From an uncultured Candidatus Saccharibacteria bacterium (GTDB taxonomy: Bacteria > Patescibacteriota > Saccharimonadia > Saccharimonadales > Saccharimonadaceae), in assembly GCA_964292495.1 (NCBI GenBank), contig CAXYVX010000001.1, forward strand, positions 1-63,300: a stretch of DNA of 63,300 nt, written 5' to 3'. The notes beneath the pieces are model-generated. The model saw nothing but the letters and a program-made list of their open reading frames with translations, did not search any database and was not told the origin of the DNA. Every line of letters starts with the position of its first letter. The first letter of the stretch is position 1. A program made the translations under genes and the position numbers. This document shows positions 63,220 to 63,300 of the stretch, piece by piece.

Positions 63220-63300
63220 TTATTCTGAAATATTCGCGTTTGTCCAAACAGCGGTCACATCGTCCAATTCGTCCACCGCATCAAACAACTTTTCAAATTT
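63220..63300 (-). CDS. 3' end of a YebC/PmpR (TACO1)-family protein, partial at the window edge
   Basis: The minus strand translates to KFEKLFDAVDELDDVTAVWTNANISE*, matching the family's C-terminal ..L.D.DDV..V..N motif. Confidence 0.6.
   Translation of the reverse strand, partial: KFEKLFDAVDELDDVTAVWTNANISE

Larger units (their letters stand above)
58071..63300. other. second compositional domain: no TCGCGA at all, SD-led genes, gene remnants next to the tRNA cluster
   Basis: The last backbone palindrome is at 57815-57822. I found zero TCGCGA from 58071 to 63300, versus about 10 per 1.3 kb in 26.4-27.7 kb. Confidence 0.5.

Noticed and set aside
1-63300. Alternative genetic code (UGA = Gly, as in Gracilibacteria/SR1) or other recoding
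   Set aside because: TGA terminates conserved proteins at their expected C-termini: hrcA at 45530-32 (overlapping the grpE ATG), ruvB at 30825-27, and the Lpd-like gene at 2903-05. Conserved genes have no in-frame TGA. Code 11 fits.

Overview
This 63.3-kb window looks like a small, densely packed genome of a monoderm-type bacterium that uses the standard code (TGA ends conserved genes such as hrcA and ruvB). The gene content suggests Patescibacteria/CPR, possibly Saccharibacteria-like, but that is inference only. It includes MurT/GatD, an L,D-transpeptidase, MurJ, ComEC, a secreted DUF1524 nuclease, PNTG-type surface proteins, a compact HrcA, ClpB without an N-domain, and many short membrane proteins.

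The recognisable backbone is: ftsH, murJ, lepA, gmk-like, a heterodimeric ABC exporter, a P1B-4 metal ATPase, rpmA, ruvB, pnp, aspS, hrcA-grpE, dnaK, dnaJ, rimK, comEC, murT-gatD, clpB, hsp20 and 6 tRNAs. I saw no rRNA, CRISPR array, integrase or transposase.

Five things stand out:
1. The palindrome TCGCGA, usually extended to TTCGCGAA or TTTCGCGAAA, is written through most of the window at several copies per kb. It occurs in intergenic DNA and in all three reading frames of genes.
2. That signature stops in two segments. One is an AT-rich ~7-kb island (about 8056-15070) wedged between two truncated surface-protein genes. It carries SD-led genes of unknown function: a coiled-coil / 4-TM / vWA-OmpA lipoprotein operon, a convergent 3-TM protein module, and a TnpW-like gene. 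The other is everything right of the tRNA-Pro/Ala/Asn cluster (about 58071-63300), which holds a decayed RecQ-like helicase fused to a DUF1697 remnant, then clpB, hsp20 and yebC.
3. Five CIRCE (HrcA) operators each enclose a -35 box. They control hrcA-grpE, dnaK, dnaJ, clpB and hsp20 separately.
4. Many backbone genes appear leaderless, with TGnTAnAAT 6-8 nt before the start codon.
5. The surface-protein loci look rearranged: an orphan sorting signal, a truncated sorting signal, 90-bp LRR repeats, and an A6 tract that separates the SD-led start from the body of the gene.

All calls come from reading the sequence and the ORF track by eye. No searches were run.
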